Positions 1 to 9,601 of a stretch of 64,000 nt of DNA are shown piece by piece. The first letter of the stretch is position 1. Every line of letters begins with the position of its first letter. The notes under the pieces were generated by a model. It did no database searches. It saw only the letters and a program-made list of their open reading frames with translations, and was not told the DNA's origin. The translations under genes and the position numbers were made by a program. Source of the DNA: Candidatus Methanomethylophilaceae archaeon (lineage in GTDB: Archaea > Thermoplasmatota > Thermoplasmata > Methanomassiliicoccales > Methanomethylophilaceae); NCBI GenBank assembly GCA_944322255.1, contig CALUOK010000005.1, positions 18,286 through 82,285 of the forward strand. The letters are read 5' to 3'.

Positions 1-1
1 G

Positions 2-361
2 GGGATCTTCGTGGACGCGCTAAAGGGCTTCCCGGGAGTGTGGTCCGCGTACGCCCAGAAGACCATCGGCAACCCCGGAATCCTGAAGCTGATGGACGGC
101 GTCGAGGACAGGGGCGCCGAGTTCAGATGCTGCATCGGATGCGACATCCAGGGCAGGCGCATAGTCGTCACCGGGGTGTGCCGCGGGGTCATTACCGACT
201 CCGAGAAGGGCGACGGAGGGTTCGGGTTCGACCCCGTGTTCTCGCACGACGGGAAGAGGACGTTCGCCGAGATCCCCATGGACGAGAAGAACGCCGTGTC
301 CCACAGGGGCAACGCGGTCAGGCTGCTAATCGACGCCCTGAGGGCCGAGGGCCTCATCTAA
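2..361 (+). CDS. Non-canonical purine NTP pyrophosphatase (RdgB/HAM1 family), C-terminal part; start lies left of window
   Basis: Open from the window edge. C-terminal motifs GGFGFDPVF and EKNAVSHRGNA are typical of HAM1/RdgB dITP/XTP pyrophosphatases. Confidence 0.8.
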   Translation, partial: GIFVDALKGFPGVWSAYAQKTIGNPGILKLMDGVEDRGAEFRCCIGCDIQGRRIVVTGVCRGVITDSEKGDGGFGFDPVFSHDGKRTFAEIPMDEKNAVSHRGNAVRLLIDALRAEGLI

Positions 362-419
362 GGTCCTTTCGCGTCAATCCCTGAATTTTGTATTGAAAGG
401 AAAAGGGGTTGTTGGGGTT

Positions 420-791
420 TCAGAGCACTTCTACGAAGGGCTCATTGGTCAGCAGGATGCAGATACCGAGGGCCAGCATCAGGAACAGCAGGTAGTTCCC
501 GAGCATGGACTTCATCTCCAGCATGTCGACCCTGAACTTCAGAAGTCCGAGGATCTTAGTGAGTCCGGCGCACACCGCGAGGGAGATGATCGTAGCCAGC
601 CACCACCATCCGGTGTGGTTGCAGATGACGGCTCCGACGATACCGACGATGACGGCAAGCACCGTGACGACGAGGAAGACCTTCGTCATGTAGATGTCCT
701 TGAGGATGAACTCCCTCTCGTTGAACTCGGTCGGGGTGAACTCGTACTCCTCCTTGGGCTCCTCCACCAACCGTCTCTTCTTCTTTGCCAT
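420..791 (-). CDS. Small membrane protein, unknown function
   Basis: ATG start. Charged N-terminus (MAKKKRRLVEEPKEE) followed by three hydrophobic helices. No family recognised. Confidence 0.6.
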   Translation of the reverse strand: MAKKKRRLVEEPKEEYEFTPTEFNEREFILKDIYMTKVFLVVTVLAVIVGIVGAVICNHTGWWWLATIISLAVCAGLTKILGLLKFRVDMLEMKSMLGNYLLFLMLALGICILLTNEPFVEVL

Positions 792-847
792 CGCAACCGC
801 ATCCTGATACCGCTTATAAAGCTTGTTCTAAAGGCCCTTCGAAGACC

Positions 848-2083
848 TCACTGGCCGTCGAACTCCTTCTTGGAGTACTTCAGAGCCTCCACCACGGGCA
901 GGGGCTCTCCCAGGAGGAACGTCTCGAGCGCCCCTCCGCCGGTGCTCACGTACGAGAACCTGTCGGCCAGGTCGAACCTCTCGGCGGCTCCGCCGGTGTG
1001 GCCGCCTCCGATCACGGACTGTCCGCCGCTGTCGACCATGGCGGTCATGATGATCCTGGTGCCGACCTCGAAGCCCTCCTTCTCGATCATCCCGGCGGGG
1101 CCGGACATGAAGCAGGTCTTGGAGGACCCGACGACCTTGCGGAACTTCTCCGCGGTGGCGTCACCGATGTCCAGGGCGGGCTCCTCGGTGGGCAGGTCGC
1201 CGATGTTCACGGAAACCCTCTTACCGTCCCTCTCGACGGCCACGTCCACCGGCAGCAGGACCCTCTGCCCGTACTTGGCCAGGATGTCCTTGGCGGCCTG
1301 CAGGTTCTCGGGGGTGAGCTCGTCGGAGAGCACCTTCATGCTCGCCTCCCCGAGATCCACGCCCCTGGCGTACAGATAGGCGTTCCCGGCGAGGCCGACG
1401 AGTATGACCGTGTCGGCCATCCCGTTCCCGAGGACGCGGTCGATCATCTCCGAGGCGTCGCCGAACTTGGCGCCGCCCAGGATGAAGACGCAGGGCCTGC
1501 GGGGGTGTCCGAAGATCGCGTTGAGCGCGAAGAGCTCCTTGGCCATCAGCCTGCCGGACGCGGAGGGCACCTTGACGGGGAACCCGACCAGGGAGCACTG
1601 CGACCTGTGGGCCGCGCCGAAGGCGTCGCACACGTAGTAGTCGATGAGCGGGGCGAGCCTCTCCACGATCTCCCCCTCGGACTGCTTGAACATGTCGCCC
1701 TTGGCGGTCTCGCTGTCCAGCTCCCTCACGTTGCCCAGCAGGAGGACCTGCCCGGGCTCGAGGGCGGAGATGGCACCGACGGCCGAATCCCCGATCACGT
1801 CGTCGACGTACTTCACGGGCATGCCCAGGTGCTTGGACAGGTGGTCGGCGTGCTGCTCCAGCGGGATGAAGTCCCAGCTGCCCTTGCGGCTCTGGTGCGC
1901 GAGGAGGACGACCTTGGCCCTCTTCCCGACGAGCTCCCTTATCGTGGGGACGACCCTCCTGATCCTGGCGTCGTTGACGATCTTCAGGGTGGTCTTGTCC
2001 AGGGGGCAGTTGATGTCCACCCTCAGGAGCACGGTCTTGTCCCTGAAGTCGAAATCCTCCAGAGTGTTGAAGTCCTTGGTCAT
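848..2083 (-). CDS. pgk: Phosphoglycerate kinase
   Basis: 411 aa with full-length PGK-like sequence (KTVLLRVDINCPL near the N-terminus). Lies 9 nt downstream of the gap gene on the same strand. Confidence 0.95.
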   Translation of the reverse strand: MTKDFNTLEDFDFRDKTVLLRVDINCPLDKTTLKIVNDARIRRVVPTIRELVGKRAKVVLLAHQSRKGSWDFIPLEQHADHLSKHLGMPVKYVDDVIGDSAVGAISALEPGQVLLLGNVRELDSETAKGDMFKQSEGEIVERLAPLIDYYVCDAFGAAHRSQCSLVGFPVKVPSASGRLMAKELFALNAIFGHPRRPCVFILGGAKFGDASEMIDRVLGNGMADTVILVGLAGNAYLYARGVDLGEASMKVLSDELTPENLQAAKDILAKYGQRVLLPVDVAVERDGKRVSVNIGDLPTEEPALDIGDATAEKFRKVVGSSKTCFMSGPAGMIEKEGFEVGTRIIMTAMVDSGGQSVIGGGHTGGAAERFDLADRFSYVSTGGGALETFLLGEPLPVVEALKYSKKEFDGQ

Positions 2084-2092
2084 CCGCCCGCC

Positions 2093-3115
2093 TCACTCCT
2101 TGTTGGGTATCCCGAGGGAGTCGTTGGTCTTCCTGACGGACGCTGCGGGGTCCTGCTCCATCTTGCACATCGACCTGATGCAGTCGATGTTCTCGGGGAT
2201 GACGTCGGACTCCTGGTGCACGGCCTGGTAGTAGTACAGGGTGTTGCCCACGACCTTGATCCCGTCCTCCCACACGACGATCTCGTACATGTCGGAGCGG
2301 TCGCGGCCCATGTCCCTGGCCAGCTCCATGATCTGGGCGGTGGTCTTGATGCCGTCCTTGCTGCTGACGAGCCTGACACGGGGCGCCTTCTTCAGCACCT
2401 CGATCACATCGGAGGTGGAGACCTCGGACCCGAGCTCGGCGACGACGGTGTGCACGTGCATGAGGGTGGTGGACGCCTTCACGGCCATGGTGCTGATGTC
2501 CAGCCAGGGCATGATGCTCTGCACGTCGGGGCCGTGGTGGGTCGGCAGCTTGACGGAGGGCTCCAGTCCGTTGATGGGTCCGTTCTTGCTGTCGCCGGGG
2601 TCTGCGGCGCGGCGGACGATGGTGACGAACGCCTTCTTGACCTTGAACTCCCTGTCGATGGGGTTCAGGGTCCTGAGGAGCCCGGTGGTGTTGCATGAGA
2701 CGACGCGGGAGAGCTGCGCCCCCCACGACTCGGAGTAGTTGGCGGTGGAGTTGAACGAGATGCCCGTGAGGCTGTGGTCCTCCCCGCCCTGGAAGATGGC
2801 CTTGACGCCGGCGGCCTTGTACTGGTCCCTGTACATCTCCCCGACGTTGCCGGGTGTGCAGTCGACCACGATGTCGACCTTGCCGTACATGTCCTTCAGG
2901 GTTCCGGCTATGGGGACGCCGGCCGCGTTGAAAGCCTCGACGCTCTCGTCGGGCACGTAGATGTCGTATCCCTTGGCCAGTGCGGCCTGGGCCTCGAAGT
3001 TCGGTCTGGTCTTGGTGACGCCGACGAGCTCCATGTCGTCCTGCTTGGCGACCGCGGACGCCACTCTCTTTCCGATGGTCCCGTATCCGTTGACTGCAAC
3101 CCTGACTTTTGCCAT
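2093..3115 (-). CDS. gap: Glyceraldehyde-3-phosphate dehydrogenase, archaeal type (class II)
   Basis: 340 aa. VAVNGYGTIGKRVA dinucleotide fold and catalytic VVSCNTTGL motif. Confidence 0.95.
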   Translation of the reverse strand: MAKVRVAVNGYGTIGKRVASAVAKQDDMELVGVTKTRPNFEAQAALAKGYDIYVPDESVEAFNAAGVPIAGTLKDMYGKVDIVVDCTPGNVGEMYRDQYKAAGVKAIFQGGEDHSLTGISFNSTANYSESWGAQLSRVVSCNTTGLLRTLNPIDREFKVKKAFVTIVRRAADPGDSKNGPINGLEPSVKLPTHHGPDVQSIMPWLDISTMAVKASTTLMHVHTVVAELGSEVSTSDVIEVLKKAPRVRLVSSKDGIKTTAQIMELARDMGRDRSDMYEIVVWEDGIKVVGNTLYYYQAVHQESDVIPENIDCIRSMCKMEQDPAASVRKTNDSLGIPNKE

Positions 3116-3299
3116 GTTGTCTACCTGTGGAACGGATTGCCTGCGGTTCTTTAAATGTTACTGGCAGGGTCCGCGGGCGGCCACGGGTTGGATGGAACGC
3201 GCCTCGTTCAACGTCCATTAATCAGGTTTAAATCCGTGTAAAATATTAGACAAAGCTGATTCAAGTGTCACATAACTGTAACGGAATCGGTGCGTAAAC

Positions 3300-4547
3300 A
3301 TGGACAGTATGCTCATTGTCTACGCTTGTATCATTGTAGTACTGGTGGTCTTCTCGGCGTTCTTCTCGCTGACGGAGACCGCGTTCACCGGTGCGAACCG
3401 CGTGAAACTGAAGAAGCTCGCCAACGACGGCGACAAGAAGGCCGAGAAGGCCCTCACGATGCTGGAGGACTACGACAAGTTCCTCACCACCAACCTGATC
3501 GGTGTGAACGTCGTCAACATCGCCTCCAGCACCATAGCCACGGTGATGTTCGTGGCCATCTTCGCCGACCTCGGCAGTCTGGTCAACATCGTCGTCATGA
3601 CCCTCGTGTCCCTGACGTTCTGCGAGATCATCCCCAAGTCGGTGGCGAAGAAGAACCCCGTGAAGTGGTGCATCAAGACCGTGAACGTGTTCGCGGTCCT
3701 GATCAGGATCCTCTCCCCCATCTCCTGGCTGTTCACCAAGCTCACCAAGGCCATCGGCGAGACCGCCGACGAGGCCATGAGCGACGAGGAGCTGGAGGTC
3801 CTCATCGACGAGTGCGAGGAGGGCGGCTCCCTGGACACCGACGCCAGCGAGCTCATCAAGTCCGCCATCAGGTTCGACGACATCGAGGTCGGCGAGCTGT
3901 GCGTCCCCAGGATGGACGTCACCGCCGTGTCCCGCGACGCCTCCGCCAAGGAGCTCTCCGACGTCCTCGCCGACTCCGGGTTCTCCAGGATCCCGGTGTA
4001 CAACGGCACCATCGACGACATCGTGGGGGTTGTCTACTCCAAGGACTACTTCACCAGGGCCCACAAGGGCCTGCCCTGCAACGTCACGGACATCATGAAG
4101 CCCGTGAAGTACGTGCCGGAGAGCATGACCGCATCGGACCTCCTGAGCGACTTCCAGAAGACCAAGGTGCACATGGCCGTGGTCCTGGACTCGTACGGGG
4201 GGACCATCGGGATAATCACCCTCGAGGACGTCCTCGAGGCGCTGGTGGGGGAGATCTGGGACGAGAGCGACGAGGTCCACGAGGACATCACCGCCAACGT
4301 CGACGGCTCCCTGACCGTCAAGGGCTCCACCAGCGTCTACGACATAATGGACGCCCTGGGCAGGGACTTCGACCTGCAGGGGTACACGGAGCACACCGTC
4401 AACGGACTGCTCATGCACATCCTCGGCCGCACCCCCGTGGGCGGGGACGAGATCGTGACGGACGACGTGTCCATCAGGGTCATCAGCATGGACAAGCGCA
4501 GGGCCAGGGAGTGCAGGGTCATCGACCACCGCGCCCCTCCCGCCTGA
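3300..4547 (+). CDS. CNNM/DUF21 membrane protein with CBS pair and CorC_HlyC domain (CorC/TlyC-like)
   Basis: 415 aa. N-terminal multi-TM DUF21-like region (FFSLTETAF), central CBS-like region and a C-terminal transporter-associated domain. Confidence 0.85.
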   Translation: MDSMLIVYACIIVVLVVFSAFFSLTETAFTGANRVKLKKLANDGDKKAEKALTMLEDYDKFLTTNLIGVNVVNIASSTIATVMFVAIFADLGSLVNIVVMTLVSLTFCEIIPKSVAKKNPVKWCIKTVNVFAVLIRILSPISWLFTKLTKAIGETADEAMSDEELEVLIDECEEGGSLDTDASELIKSAIRFDDIEVGELCVPRMDVTAVSRDASAKELSDVLADSGFSRIPVYNGTIDDIVGVVYSKDYFTRAHKGLPCNVTDIMKPVKYVPESMTASDLLSDFQKTKVHMAVVLDSYGGTIGIITLEDVLEALVGEIWDESDEVHEDITANVDGSLTVKGSTSVYDIMDALGRDFDLQGYTEHTVNGLLMHILGRTPVGGDEIVTDDVSIRVISMDKRRARECRVIDHRAPPA

Positions 4548-4611
4548 AAACGTTTCACAAACCATCCCCCATCATCCGGACGTGATGATGGGGGCCACAT
4601 CATTATCGTGA

Positions 4612-4929
4612 TCAGTCGTCACGACGATCTACCGTCTCGAACACATACCCATTGCCCAGCGCCCTGTAGCGACAAAACATAACATCATCGTCCTCTTCGA
4701 GAACGATGTTCTTATTGAGAAACATCAGACACCTGATCGATGATAGCAATAGATTTGCTGGACCAATCAAAGAGAACAGCACAATGCAGACAATCAAGTA
4801 TGATGGAGCATAACTCAAGAGAAACACCCCTATGACAAGAATGACCGCGATGATGAACACATAGACTGCAGACAGACCAATCTGTGTCCTCTTCATCGAT
4901 TCATCCAGTTTCAATATCATACCCATCAT
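4612..4929 (-). CDS. Orphan two-TM membrane protein (AT-rich island)
   Basis: Start moved to MMGMILK (ATG 4929), 4 nt after the upstream gene's stop. The track version 4612..5067 would overlap that gene by 134 nt. Two hydrophobic helices, then an acidic tail. Confidence 0.55.
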   Translation of the reverse strand: MMGMILKLDESMKRTQIGLSAVYVFIIAVILVIGVFLLSYAPSYLIVCIVLFSLIGPANLLLSSIRCLMFLNKNIVLEEDDDVMFCRYRALGNGYVFETVDRRDD

Positions 4930-4933
4930 CTCA

Positions 4934-5968
4934 TCACCTTCTCGGCTTCTGCTGATTCTCGGGATCGTCGGATTCGTATAACTCCCCCCAAGCAAAGCCA
5001 TAAAACGACATGGATTCAGATATGGATCCGTCGGAGCCGACACCATGATAATGGTTGAATGTTTCAAAATCCTGAGCCGCTAAATGGAATATCCATGTGT
5101 TTAGACCATACATTCTTTCACATGGACTCTCTGCCCAATCCCCATATGCTGTCCACACATGATAACAATCTGAGTCAATTTGCATAATCTCTGTCGCTAT
5201 CGAGAGATTGAAAGATACTGGAAAAATGAAAGTATCATTGCCTTTCTCGTCAGGAATTGGAGTCTTGCAAACAAAATAATATACAAATGCGTCCAGGTCT
5301 TTCAGAGTTTCGTCACAGAAATCATATGCCGGTGCAGTTATTCCCGCAATAGTCACTGTAGCGACTACATCATTCCTGTATTGAATCACAATCTCTTCAT
5401 TTGTTATGGTTTCGTACCTGATCTCATCCTCAGTGGCATCAGGAGTGGTTTGCTTTCCCGATTCAATTAGTAAGTGGATGCCTACTGCTACGGTAACAAT
5501 AACTACCACTCCAACGAGCCCAAATAGACTTGCACCGAATCCAGCTGCTACCAGATAACCAACTTCGTATGTAGTTATGCCAGAATCGCTTACAGGGACC
5601 ACTTGTTTCCAGCCATCATCTGTATATGCCTCGACGGTTCCATCATCGTTTCTGTAATCCCTACTGTCTGAATAAACTAGACTACCGTCATTGAAATATT
5701 TCGCAGTGACATATGATTCATCACTGTCAGGATAAGTTATATACTCTGTCTTCAACAAATCATAGTTGAATGTTTCGCCGTTGACTTTTACGCCTACACC
5801 AGTCTCTTCAATGGATTCTGTTATCCTGACATAAATTCCATTATAATAATATGAATTTACATCTGAATAATCATAGGTATTTTGCTTATCTGCATCGACA
5901 CCATCTATTGGAACCAAGATTATTGCCAGAAGCAAAATAACAGACATTGCAACAGGTTTTAGACTCAT
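4934..5968 (-). CDS. Orphan bitopic membrane protein: signal/anchor, Tyr/Asp/Asn-rich ectodomain, central TM helix, Cys/His-containing C-terminal domain
   Basis: ATG start, 344 aa. N-terminal hydrophobic segment VAMSVILLLAIILVPI and central TM helix LVAAGFGASLFGLVGVVVIVTVAV. No family recognised. The gene is AT-rich. Confidence 0.65.
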   Translation of the reverse strand: MSLKPVAMSVILLLAIILVPIDGVDADKQNTYDYSDVNSYYYNGIYVRITESIEETGVGVKVNGETFNYDLLKTEYITYPDSDESYVTAKYFNDGSLVYSDSRDYRNDDGTVEAYTDDGWKQVVPVSDSGITTYEVGYLVAAGFGASLFGLVGVVVIVTVAVGIHLLIESGKQTTPDATEDEIRYETITNEEIVIQYRNDVVATVTIAGITAPAYDFCDETLKDLDAFVYYFVCKTPIPDEKGNDTFIFPVSFNLSIATEIMQIDSDCYHVWTAYGDWAESPCERMYGLNTWIFHLAAQDFETFNHYHGVGSDGSISESMSFYGFAWGELYESDDPENQQKPRR

Positions 5969-6172
5969 AGACTAGATATGTGTTAGTATTTTCAAAATAA
6001 TATCGTACATACAATATATAGAACTATAAATTATAATACTAACATACTCCGTGTGCTTTTAAAAATAATATTGGCGGTTTATAAATAAAGATGTCCACTG
6101 ACGACGAACCAGATGATGAGTCTACACGAGAAATTATAATCGAATTTGACTATGCAAAGCGACGGTATATAC

Positions 6173-7837
6173 ATGAGAGGGACCAAAGCGCTCCTGAGTA
6201 TGCTTGAGAAAAAAGGGGTCGACACCGTCTTCGGATACCCCGGAGGCAGCATCATCTCCGTCTACGACGAGCTCGTGGACTCGCCCATCAGGCACATACT
6301 CGTAAGGCACGAGCAGTGCGCCGCCCACATGGCCGACGGGTACGCCCGCGCCAAGAACCAGCCCGGCGTGTGCATCGCCACCAGCGGGCCGGGGGCCACC
6401 AACCTCGTCACCGGGATCGCCACCGCGTTCGCGGACTCGTCCCCGATCATAGCGCTGACCGGACAGGTCGCCGCCGGGTCCCTGGGACAGGGCGCCTTCC
6501 AGGAGGTGGACGCGTACAGCCTGCTCATGCCGATCACCAAGCACAGCTACAGGGTCCTGGACATCGACAGGCTCCCCCACGCGGTCAGCGAGGCATGGGC
6601 GATATGCCAGATGGGGAGGAAGGGGCCGGTCCACATCGACCTGCCCATAGACCAGATGAACGCGGACATCGACGAGTCCCTGCTGGACGGGAAGTTCGGC
6701 GTCAAACCGCTGACCGAGGACCTGTCCGGACTGCACGAGGCGGTCCAGTGGATCAGGGAGTCCAAGCGCCCGCTGATACTCGTCGGCGGGGGCGCCATAG
6801 ACGCGTCCCAGGAGGTCATGGAGCTGGCCAGGGCCATGAGGGCGCCGGTCGTGAACACCCTCATGGGTATGGGCGTGGTCCCGTCGTCCTACGAGCTGAA
6901 CCTCGGACCTCTGGGTCTCCACGGGAGACTCTCGGCGCTGGAGATGTCCACGGAGGCCGACCTGATCATCTCGATAGGCAGCAGGTTCTCCGACAGGACC
7001 TACAGCCCCCACGACCGCATGAGCGACCCCATGGGCAGGGTCATCCACATCGACATAGACCCCACCGAGTTCGGGAAGCACAGGCACCAGTGCGTCAACC
7101 TCCAGGCGGACGCCAGGAAGGCGCTGAGGGCCCTGATGTGCGCCCTGGGGGCGACCCCCATGAGCTGGCCCGACTGGACCGAGCACGCCCTGCAGGTGAA
7201 GAGAGCGCACGTCTGCGACGACGACAGGTGCTGCACACCCATCGCCCCGCAGAAGGTCATGCACGAGATCAACGGGGTCATCGACGACGACACCATCGTC
7301 ACCACCGACGTTGGACAGAACCAGATGTGGGCCATGCACTACCTGAACATCGAGCACCCTAGGCAGTTCATCACCTCAGGGACCTTCGGGACCATGGGCT
7401 TCGGACTGCCCTCGGCCCTGGGCGCCAAGGTGGCCATGCCGGACAAGAAGGTCATGACCATCACCGGCGACGGCGGGCTGCAGATGGTGATCCAGGAGCT
7501 GGCGACGTCTGTGGCCAACGACATCCCCGTGACCATCGTCCTCCTCAACAACGGCTGCCTGGGCATGATCAAGCAGATGCAGAAGCACTACTGGAACGGG
7601 CGCTACTCCGCCATGGAGCTGGGCGACGACCCGGACTTCGTGACCATCGCCAAGGGATACAGGTGCAACGGCATCCATGTGGAGAGGCCCGAGGAGGTCG
7701 GCGACGCCCTGAGGCAGGCGCTTGACTCCGACGTCACCACCATCGTGGACATCGCGGTGGACCCGGAGATGGACGTGCTGCCGATGCTGCCCATGAACCC
7801 GAGGATCCCCATCATCAAGGGCGACTGCCACTACTGA
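6173..7837 (+). CDS. ilvB: Acetolactate synthase large subunit family (TPP enzyme), paralogue 1
   Basis: Motifs GYPGG, HEQCAAHMADGYAR and GPGATNLVTG, plus the TPP motif ITGDGGLQM...LLNNG. Start set to ATG 6173 by alignment with paralogue 2. The track ORF starts at TTG 6146, and ATG 6152 is also possible. Confidence 0.9.
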   Translation: MRGTKALLSMLEKKGVDTVFGYPGGSIISVYDELVDSPIRHILVRHEQCAAHMADGYARAKNQPGVCIATSGPGATNLVTGIATAFADSSPIIALTGQVAAGSLGQGAFQEVDAYSLLMPITKHSYRVLDIDRLPHAVSEAWAICQMGRKGPVHIDLPIDQMNADIDESLLDGKFGVKPLTEDLSGLHEAVQWIRESKRPLILVGGGAIDASQEVMELARAMRAPVVNTLMGMGVVPSSYELNLGPLGLHGRLSALEMSTEADLIISIGSRFSDRTYSPHDRMSDPMGRVIHIDIDPTEFGKHRHQCVNLQADARKALRALMCALGATPMSWPDWTEHALQVKRAHVCDDDRCCTPIAPQKVMHEINGVIDDDTIVTTDVGQNQMWAMHYLNIEHPRQFITSGTFGTMGFGLPSALGAKVAMPDKKVMTITGDGGLQMVIQELATSVANDIPVTIVLLNNGCLGMIKQMQKHYWNGRYSAMELGDDPDFVTIAKGYRCNGIHVERPEEVGDALRQALDSDVTTIVDIAVDPEMDVLPMLPMNPRIPIIKGDCHY

Positions 7838-7918
7838 GGGGCAAGGCCGGCCGGCCCTCCCCTTCCTTTTGTAAGCTTTATTAGAAACGGCGGGATACGC
7901 TCCGCCGAAGGCTTGAAC

Positions 7919-9589
7919 ATGAAAGGCACGAAGGCACTGGTCACGATGCTCGAGAGGAAGGGCGTCGACACTGTATTCGGATACCCTGGCGGAAGCGTCA
8001 TCCCCATCTACGACGAGCTGTACGACGCGGACCTCAGGCACATCCTGGTGAGACACGAGCAGTGCGCCGCCCACATGGCTGACGGGTACGCCAGGGCCTC
8101 CGGGAAGCCGGGCGTGTGCCTGGCCACCAGCGGACCCGGCGCGACGAACCTGGTCACGGGAGTGGCCACGGCCTTCGCAGACTCCGTCCCGATGATCGCC
8201 TTCACCGGCCAGGTGGGCACCGGGTCCCTCGGACTGGGCGCCTTCCAGGAGGTCGACGCGTACAGCGTCATGATGCCCATCACCAAGCACAACTTCAGGG
8301 TCCTGGACGTCAGCAGGCTCCCCCACGCCATCACCGAGGCCTGGGAGATATGCCAGACCGGACGCCCCGGACCCGTCCACATAGACCTCCCCGTGGACCA
8401 GATGAACTCCGACGTGGACGAGTCCCTGCTGGACGAGGAGTACGGGATCAAGCCGGTCTGCGAAGAGCTGTCCGGCTTCGACGAGGCCGTCCAGTGGATC
8501 AGGGCCGCCGACCGCCCGATCATCGTCGTCGGCGGGGGCGCGGTCAACGCCTGCGAGGAAGTCATGGAGCTCTCGCAGCTCCTGCAGGCCCCCGTGGACA
8601 CCACCCTCATGGGGATGGGTGTGGTCCCGTCCACCTACGACCTCTGCATGGGCCCCCTCGGGATGCACGGCAGGATGTCCGCCCTCCACGCCATGAACGA
8701 GGCCGACCTGATCATCTCCGTGGGCAGCAGGTTCTCCGACAGGACCTACAGCCAGAAGAGCCGCATGAAGAGCCCCGACGGGAAGGTCGTGCACATAGAC
8801 CTGGACGCGGTGGAGTTCAACAAGCACAGGCACCCCGCGGCCAACCTGCAGTGCGATTCCAAGAAGGCGGTGCGCATGCTCATAGAGGCCCTGAAGCCGT
8901 CCTACGTCCCCCGCAGGGAGTGGGCCGACAGGGCCAGGATGTTCAAGTCCCGCTGCGCCTGCGACCCGGACTTCGGGTGCACCCCCATAGTCCCCCAGAA
9001 GGTCATGCACGAGATCAACAGGTTCATCGGGGACGACACCATCGTCACCACCGACGTTGGACAGAACCAGATGTGGGCCATGCACTTCCTCGACATCGAG
9101 AAGCCCCGCAGGTTCCTGTCCTCCGGCACGTTCGGGACCATGGGGTACGGCCTCCCCGCCGCCATCGGCGCCAAGGCCGCCAGGCCCGACATGAACGTCA
9201 TGGCCATCACCGGCGACGGAGGCTTCCAGATGGTCATGCAGGAGCTGTCCACGTCGCTGGCCGAGGACCTGCCCGTCACGGTGGTGCTGCTGAACAACGG
9301 CACACTCGGCATGGTCAGGCAGTGGCAGAAGCTGTTCTGGCACGAGCGCTACTCCGCCACCACCCTCAGGTGCGACCCGGACTTCGTGAAGCTCGCCGAG
9401 TCCTTCGGCGCCAAGGGCATAAGGGTGGAGAAGCCGGGCGAGATCGCCGACGCCCTCAGGGAGGCCAGGGACTGCGGGAGGACCTGCATCGTGGACATCA
9501 CGGTGGACCCCGACGAGCACGTCCTGCCCATGATCCCCGCGGACCCCAAGGAGGACATCGTCATGGGCCGCTGCGGGTTCCGCATCTGA
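7919..9589 (+). CDS. ilvB: Acetolactate synthase large subunit family (TPP enzyme), paralogue 2
   Basis: Same motif set as paralogue 1 over its full length (roughly two-thirds identical by eye). Start at ATG 7919 (MKGTKAL); the track ORF starts at TTG 7913. Confidence 0.9.
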   Translation: MKGTKALVTMLERKGVDTVFGYPGGSVIPIYDELYDADLRHILVRHEQCAAHMADGYARASGKPGVCLATSGPGATNLVTGVATAFADSVPMIAFTGQVGTGSLGLGAFQEVDAYSVMMPITKHNFRVLDVSRLPHAITEAWEICQTGRPGPVHIDLPVDQMNSDVDESLLDEEYGIKPVCEELSGFDEAVQWIRAADRPIIVVGGGAVNACEEVMELSQLLQAPVDTTLMGMGVVPSTYDLCMGPLGMHGRMSALHAMNEADLIISVGSRFSDRTYSQKSRMKSPDGKVVHIDLDAVEFNKHRHPAANLQCDSKKAVRMLIEALKPSYVPRREWADRARMFKSRCACDPDFGCTPIVPQKVMHEINRFIGDDTIVTTDVGQNQMWAMHFLDIEKPRRFLSSGTFGTMGYGLPAAIGAKAARPDMNVMAITGDGGFQMVMQELSTSLAEDLPVTVVLLNNGTLGMVRQWQKLFWHERYSATTLRCDPDFVKLAESFGAKGIRVEKPGEIADALREARDCGRTCIVDITVDPDEHVLPMIPADPKEDIVMGRCGFRI

Positions 9590-9601
9590 GGCGGCCGGGG
9601 G

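Noticed and set aside
785-3218. Very long ORFs overlapping pgk and gap on other frames or strands (785..2698 plus strand, 637 aa; 1221..3218 minus strand, 665 aa)
   Set aside because: They are extremely Arg/Gly/His/Pro/Asp-rich and of low complexity, as expected from off-frame translation of GC-rich coding DNA. They are fully covered by genes with unmistakable PGK and GAPDH sequences.
4612-5067. The 151-aa version of the small island ORF
   Set aside because: It would overlap the upstream gene by 134 nt. An internal ATG (4929) 4 nt after that gene's stop gives a compact two-TM protein.
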